Below, piece after piece: positions 6,849-11,377 of a DNA stretch of 11,377 nucleotides. The translations under genes were made by a program, and so were the position numbers. Each line of letters begins with the position of its first letter. Position 1 is the stretch's first letter. The stretch comes from Alphaproteobacteria bacterium. GTDB taxonomy: Bacteria; Pseudomonadota; Alphaproteobacteria; CAAHEQ01; UBA3637. The stretch lies in the NCBI GenBank assembly GCA_045605805.1, contig JAZUQR010000023.1, positions 1 through 11,377 on the forward strand, in the 5' to 3' direction. The notes under the pieces were generated by a model. It had not been told where the DNA came from and made no database searches. It saw only the letters and a program-made list of their open reading frames with translations.

Positions 6849-8909
6849 TTAGTATTTTTGAATTTCTTTGATATCCAGTAATGGACAGCCAAAAATCTTG
6901 ATGCTCATGGTATATAAGCCTATCTTTTTGATTTGGATTTCTATTATGGGGATGGCAAACAGTTTTATTTTGAAAGTCGGCCCTTTTTGATATTCTAACA
7001 ACGGAATAGTATAATGATTTTTAAAAAACTGGGAATACAGCCAATAGAATTGGAAAGTCAGTTTTTTCTTGAACTTTTTGGATTTCAAATATACATGTAT
7101 CCACTCCAGTAATTCCTTGGAATAGTGCAAGTGATATTTTTTCAGCATGTATAAGCAAAAGTTATATATGGTTGTTGTTTCTTTTTCTTTGCTCTGTATA
7201 TCCAAATGCAAATAATTTTGGTAAACTTTATTAAAAAAAACATCCGCATATGCACCGATTATTGGATTTGAAACATTCATTCTTTTCAGCATTTTCAAAG
7301 TATGTTTATAGATGAAAATTAAATCATGAAAATAAGTTGACATATTTTGTGTTGTGGCTTCAGAATGGATTCTGCGATGGTAAAAGGGCAGTTTTAATGT
7401 TCCCATTCTGGCATCCTTAAATACTGCTTCTGTGAAAAATGGAGTATCTTCAAAAACCACTTTTTTGTTCATCCACGTAATATCGTTTTTTAACAAAAAC
7501 ATCCGGCGATAGAGGGTTAAACAGGCAGTCACAGACAGTTTTGCCATATCTGTTGCCATTATTTTCCAGTTAAAAACAGAGGGGAACTTTTCAGGCAACC
7601 AAGAAAGAGTGTGATAAGGTTCTTCAAATTCGGCTTTTGTTTTATGATTAAACTCTATTGCCGAGAATGAGAGCATATCCAAAGCATATAGTTTTGCATA
7701 GGTGTATAGCATTTCACAGGCGTTTGATTCCAAATAATCATCTGCATCTAAAAATTGGATAAAAGTGCCAGAGGCAACTTCCATGGCATTATTTCTAGCA
7801 ATTGTGCGTCCTAGATTTGCTTGATGCATTACTTTGATGCGGGCATCTTTTTGGGCATATTCCTTTAAGATATGCAAGCTGTTATCCGTTGATCCATCAT
7901 CCACGCAAATGATTTCAATTTCTTTTAAGGTTTGATTCAAACAGCTATCCAAACATTCGGGTAAAAACTCGGCTGCATTATAAACAGGAATAATAATGGA
8001 TATTTTTTGTTCGTATTTTGAGGGAGAAAGTATTTGCGCCACAACTTGTTGCGGTAAGTTTGTTAAAATTGATTTTAGGCCAATTCCTCTTTCGTTTGTG
8101 GATAGATTATCTAATCCTGCACAGAGGCACTTTTTCAACCATATGTAATAAGCCCCATCAAAGTCTTGGAGTAAAGAGGACTTTTCCATTTGATAGTACA
8201 GATTTGAAAAACTTTTAATTTTGTCTTCAAACTCTTGCACCGCTTCTTTTTTTTGATAAGGATTTATATTGATTCTGTGACAAAACAAGCACTCATCCAT
8301 TACGGAAATCTTGGTTGATGCAGCCAATACCATGGCGTTAAAAGCTTGATCAGTGCAATATTTTAATTCCTCCTCAAAGGTTAAGTTAAATTTGTGAATT
8401 AAATCAGCCCGAATCAGTTTATTCCAAACGACATTAGGAAAAGTTATAAATAATTCATCTGATAAATCTTGTGGAGTACACGGACTTTGATTCAAAAGTT
8501 TTTCATCTAATTTTTCTGAACCAGTGATTTCTTTGAATGTTTGATTCAAGATATTATAGCCTTCAATCACAATATCCGATTTATCTGTTTCGGCTTTTTG
8601 AACCATTTTAGCTAGCATGTTTTCATCAAATATATCATAGGAGTTGGCAAAATAAATATACTTTCCTTTTGCTTCTGACAAAGCTTTATTTCTGGCAACA
8701 GCAACACCTGAATGGGGTATAGAAATCACCTTTAAACGTGCATCCAAAAAAGCATACCCTTGCAAAGTGGATAAGCTATCATCCTGTGATCCATCATCTA
8801 CACAGATGATTTCAATATCTTCTAATTTTTGTGTTAACAAGGAATCTAAGCACTCTCCCAGATATTCTTCTGTGTTATAAACAGGTAAAATTACAGAAAC
8901 TGCTGTCAT
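6849..8909 (-). CDS. Glycosyltransferase family 2 with two tandem GT-A domains
   Basis: Two copies of S(V/I)I.PVYN...ECLDS...EIICVDDGS.D. The second domain has FLDADD. ATGA overlap with the upstream gene. Confidence 0.93.
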   Translation of the reverse strand: MTAVSVILPVYNTEEYLGECLDSLLTQKLEDIEIICVDDGSQDDSLSTLQGYAFLDARLKVISIPHSGVAVARNKALSEAKGKYIYFANSYDIFDENMLAKMVQKAETDKSDIVIEGYNILNQTFKEITGSEKLDEKLLNQSPCTPQDLSDELFITFPNVVWNKLIRADLIHKFNLTFEEELKYCTDQAFNAMVLAASTKISVMDECLFCHRININPYQKKEAVQEFEDKIKSFSNLYYQMEKSSLLQDFDGAYYIWLKKCLCAGLDNLSTNERGIGLKSILTNLPQQVVAQILSPSKYEQKISIIIPVYNAAEFLPECLDSCLNQTLKEIEIICVDDGSTDNSLHILKEYAQKDARIKVMHQANLGRTIARNNAMEVASGTFIQFLDADDYLESNACEMLYTYAKLYALDMLSFSAIEFNHKTKAEFEEPYHTLSWLPEKFPSVFNWKIMATDMAKLSVTACLTLYRRMFLLKNDITWMNKKVVFEDTPFFTEAVFKDARMGTLKLPFYHRRIHSEATTQNMSTYFHDLIFIYKHTLKMLKRMNVSNPIIGAYADVFFNKVYQNYLHLDIQSKEKETTTIYNFCLYMLKKYHLHYSKELLEWIHVYLKSKKFKKKLTFQFYWLYSQFFKNHYTIPLLEYQKGPTFKIKLFAIPIIEIQIKKIGLYTMSIKIFGCPLLDIKEIQKY

Positions 8910-10939
8910 TTTATATTCCTTTCTTTTTCAACAAAGTGGATCATTTGTTCTAAAGCATATTTTGCATCAATTTTATTAATAATAAGCCCTTTGGAATAAT
9001 TTTTTATAAACTCTGCTTGAGCTCCAAGATTAAAACAGGCGATGGGTAATTCCATTGATATAGCTTCAGCAGTCGTATATGAAAATGTTTCTGGAATTAT
9101 TGAAGAAATGAATACGATATCTATTTTATTTCTTTTCATAATCTCTGGTAGCTTTTCTCTTTCATATCTTCCCAATATACGAATGTTTTCAAGTTTTTTT
9201 TTCGCTGACCCTATAACAATACAATTTGTATTTGAATAGTTAGATATCAAATTGTCTATCTCTATTATAATATTTAAACTTTTTTCAACAGTCAAATTTC
9301 CTAAAATACCTATATTTATTTCAGAATGTTTTTCAAGTTTAACCTTATCAAAAGGTTTTATAATATGTGGTGTAATTTTTATTTTATTTTCTAACAAAGG
9401 ATAGAATTTTTTATATATACCAAAAGTTGATTGAGAAAAAAGAATTACCTCATCAACAACATTGTACAAAAAATTTTGCCATAGATTTTTATATTTTGAG
9501 ATAGATTTAACTTTCATTAATGGTTTTTTAATTCTTTTTATACAAGATTCGCATCCTTTAAAATTAGAACAATTACAGTATTCATCTTTACTGTTTTTCA
9601 TATGTATATTGGGACAGATTGCTTGAAAATCATGTCCTCTGAATGAAACGAAGCAATTTAAGTTTTGTTTTAAACGTTTTATTAGATTTAACACTTTTTC
9701 TAGACTAAAATAACACGCTAAATTATTTACAACTATTTTTTGAGGAGAAATTTGATTTATAAAAAATTCTGTGTTCTTATAATTAGAAATAAAAGAATCA
9801 GAATAGCTTTTATAAAAATATGAAATTTTTAAGGTATCTTTTGTATTAAAATCTTGAATCTCTATATATAAAATGGAATTTCTTTTTGATTCGATCTGTT
9901 CTCTAAAATACGCTTCTGAACCACCTCCCAGAGTATGACAAAACCACACCTCTGTAGATTCAGATTTTTCTCTATAAGAAAAAATTTCTGAAATAACGCG
10001 AAATGCCTCAAAATCTTCTTCAAATCCATTTAGGGATTCTTTTTCGTCAAATGTACTTTTTAATTTTGTACATTTTGGTAATTTAGTAAAAAAATTTTTT
10101 GAAGAGACGAAAGAGTAAAAAGGAATTTTATCAAACAGGTAATAAGTAATCTTTTGATTTTTCTTAATGAAAGACAAAAGTGGAATTTTTTTAAAAATAT
10201 ACGCAATTCTATGTTTTTCAAAGTGAGACAAAAATTTATAGAATAATTCAGGATGCTTTTTTCGTGCCAAATAGCGTAATTCTTCCCCAGTATAGGTCAT
10301 TTTTTCCAGCTGTTTATGAGTGGTATTCTTTTCGTGGTGACGATAGCGAAACAACACCTCTTGGATATTATAAAAATTGGTGTAATCCATCAATTGAAGC
10401 CACAGATGATAGTCCTCGGCAGGTGTATAGCGTTCTTCATACCTAATTTTATTTTCAATCAACACAGATTTTCTTATCATAGAGGCGGGATGTAAAATGG
10501 CGCAGCGACTGGTTAAAGCCGCTTTTATCTCTTCATCTTTTTCGGGATGGCATAAATCCAAATGTTTTGGAAAGGTTTCTGCCAAACACCCCACAACTCC
10601 CACATCTTTATGGCCGTCCAAATAAGCCACTTGTTTTGCAAAGCGGGTGGGCAACGAGATATCGTCATGGTCCATGGTTGCCAGATATTCGCCTTGCGCC
10701 ATTTCAATCAGTTTGTTTCGGCTTTGTGTGATGCCCATATTTTTCGGGTTTTGGATATATTTAATACGAGAATCTTTATATGATTTGACAATGTTTTCCC
10801 GAGTATCATTTGGACAATCGTCCAAAATTAAAAATTCAAAGTTTGTAAAAGTTTGGTTTAAGATGCTTTCAATGGCCGTCCTTAAATACGCTTCCTTGGT
10901 TTTATAAATCGGCATTAAAACAGAAACTTTGATAGTCAT
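8906..10939 (-). CDS. Glycosyltransferase fusion: GT2 N-terminal domain plus GT-B (GT4-like) C-terminal domain
   Basis: VSVLMPIY, ILDD, MDHDD and EDY motifs. C-terminal HTLGGGSE, HDF..ICP and PETFSYT..EA....LPI...NLGA..E. Start placed at ATG 10939 (RBS AAGGA, promoter upstream). Confidence 0.9.
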   Translation of the reverse strand: MTIKVSVLMPIYKTKEAYLRTAIESILNQTFTNFEFLILDDCPNDTRENIVKSYKDSRIKYIQNPKNMGITQSRNKLIEMAQGEYLATMDHDDISLPTRFAKQVAYLDGHKDVGVVGCLAETFPKHLDLCHPEKDEEIKAALTSRCAILHPASMIRKSVLIENKIRYEERYTPAEDYHLWLQLMDYTNFYNIQEVLFRYRHHEKNTTHKQLEKMTYTGEELRYLARKKHPELFYKFLSHFEKHRIAYIFKKIPLLSFIKKNQKITYYLFDKIPFYSFVSSKNFFTKLPKCTKLKSTFDEKESLNGFEEDFEAFRVISEIFSYREKSESTEVWFCHTLGGGSEAYFREQIESKRNSILYIEIQDFNTKDTLKISYFYKSYSDSFISNYKNTEFFINQISPQKIVVNNLACYFSLEKVLNLIKRLKQNLNCFVSFRGHDFQAICPNIHMKNSKDEYCNCSNFKGCESCIKRIKKPLMKVKSISKYKNLWQNFLYNVVDEVILFSQSTFGIYKKFYPLLENKIKITPHIIKPFDKVKLEKHSEINIGILGNLTVEKSLNIIIEIDNLISNYSNTNCIVIGSAKKKLENIRILGRYEREKLPEIMKRNKIDIVFISSIIPETFSYTTAEAISMELPIACFNLGAQAEFIKNYSKGLIINKIDAKYALEQMIHFVEKERNIK

Positions 10940-10967
10940 TGGTTTATCCTTGTTCTTTTTTGGTTGA

Positions 10968-10995
10968 ATTATACATAAAACAGTGTGAAAGTCAA
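10968..10995 (-). promoter_or_regulatory. sigma70-type promoter of the glycosyltransferase operon
   Basis: TTGACT, 16-nt spacer, TATAAT. Confidence 0.65.
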
Positions 10996-11377
10996 GGAAA
11001 AAACATTTGATTTTTTTGTTGTGGATGGGGGGGTGTTTGAACATAATTCTTAACGAAAGGTTAATTTTTGAAAAAAAATCATATTTATGTACTTTTTTTG
11101 ATTTTTTTTGCTTGATTTTGGAAAAAAAAACTGTTTAGATAGTTTTGTTAGCTCGTGGGCTTTTGGGGCTGGGTACATAATGTAAATTATGCGAACAAGG
11201 CTTCAAGGAAGGCAAACACAAGTTTAATATTAAACGAAAAAACAAACAAAACAAATGAAAGGAATTAAAATGAACTGGAACATAGAACAAACCATTGAAG
11301 GCCGGCGTAAGGCATGAAATGATGTTTTTGTTGTTCCAATCCATTGAGTATTCTTCTCAAAAATAAAAAAACTGAAA

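Noticed and set aside
1190-10907. Short track ORFs 1190-1444, 1712-1897, 2129-2323, 4929-5243, 4949-5197, 6330-6542, 6549-6764, 8018-8218, 9042-9239, 10264-10446, 10525-10707, 10562-10783 and 10647-10907
   Set aside because: They are antisense or out-of-frame shadows of better-supported genes or regulatory elements.
10940-11044. Extended N-termini given by the track (also 3807-3860 and 3902-3931)
   Set aside because: These stretches contain promoter and RBS elements, and the downstream ATGs match the domain starts.
11135-11344. 69-aa minus-strand ORF and small palindromes (e.g. GTTTAATATTAAAC)
   Set aside because: No motif or convincing RBS, low-complexity sequence, and no RNA family I can recognise.

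Overview
AT-rich bacterial chromosomal segment in the standard genetic code (TGA is a stop in two ATGA gene overlaps). It is probably from an Alphaproteobacterium, inferred from an RHH_4-type gene. Left part (179-2345, minus strand): an apparent polymorphic toxin/immunity locus with no phage genes in the window. A minimal MuF (phage Mu gpF) motif is fused to a DUF2778/Tlde1-like L,D-transpeptidase-fold domain and is interrupted by one in-frame TGA. It is followed by three small 3-TM membrane genes (two are paralogs) interleaved with remnants of coding sequence. Each toxin 3' tip runs directly into a TTGACA-N17 promoter for the next membrane gene. The toxin gene sits behind a 55-nt double-hairpin leader, and this leader recurs in inverted orientation at 6718-6772 in front of a second, truncated Tlde1-like start. 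Middle: YegD-like Hsp70, two Nudix hydrolases, a P-loop kinase, an alpha/beta hydrolase and an RHH regulator. Right: two multidomain glycosyltransferases, one of which is a compositional chimera. Family assignments come from motif recognition by eye, not from database searches.
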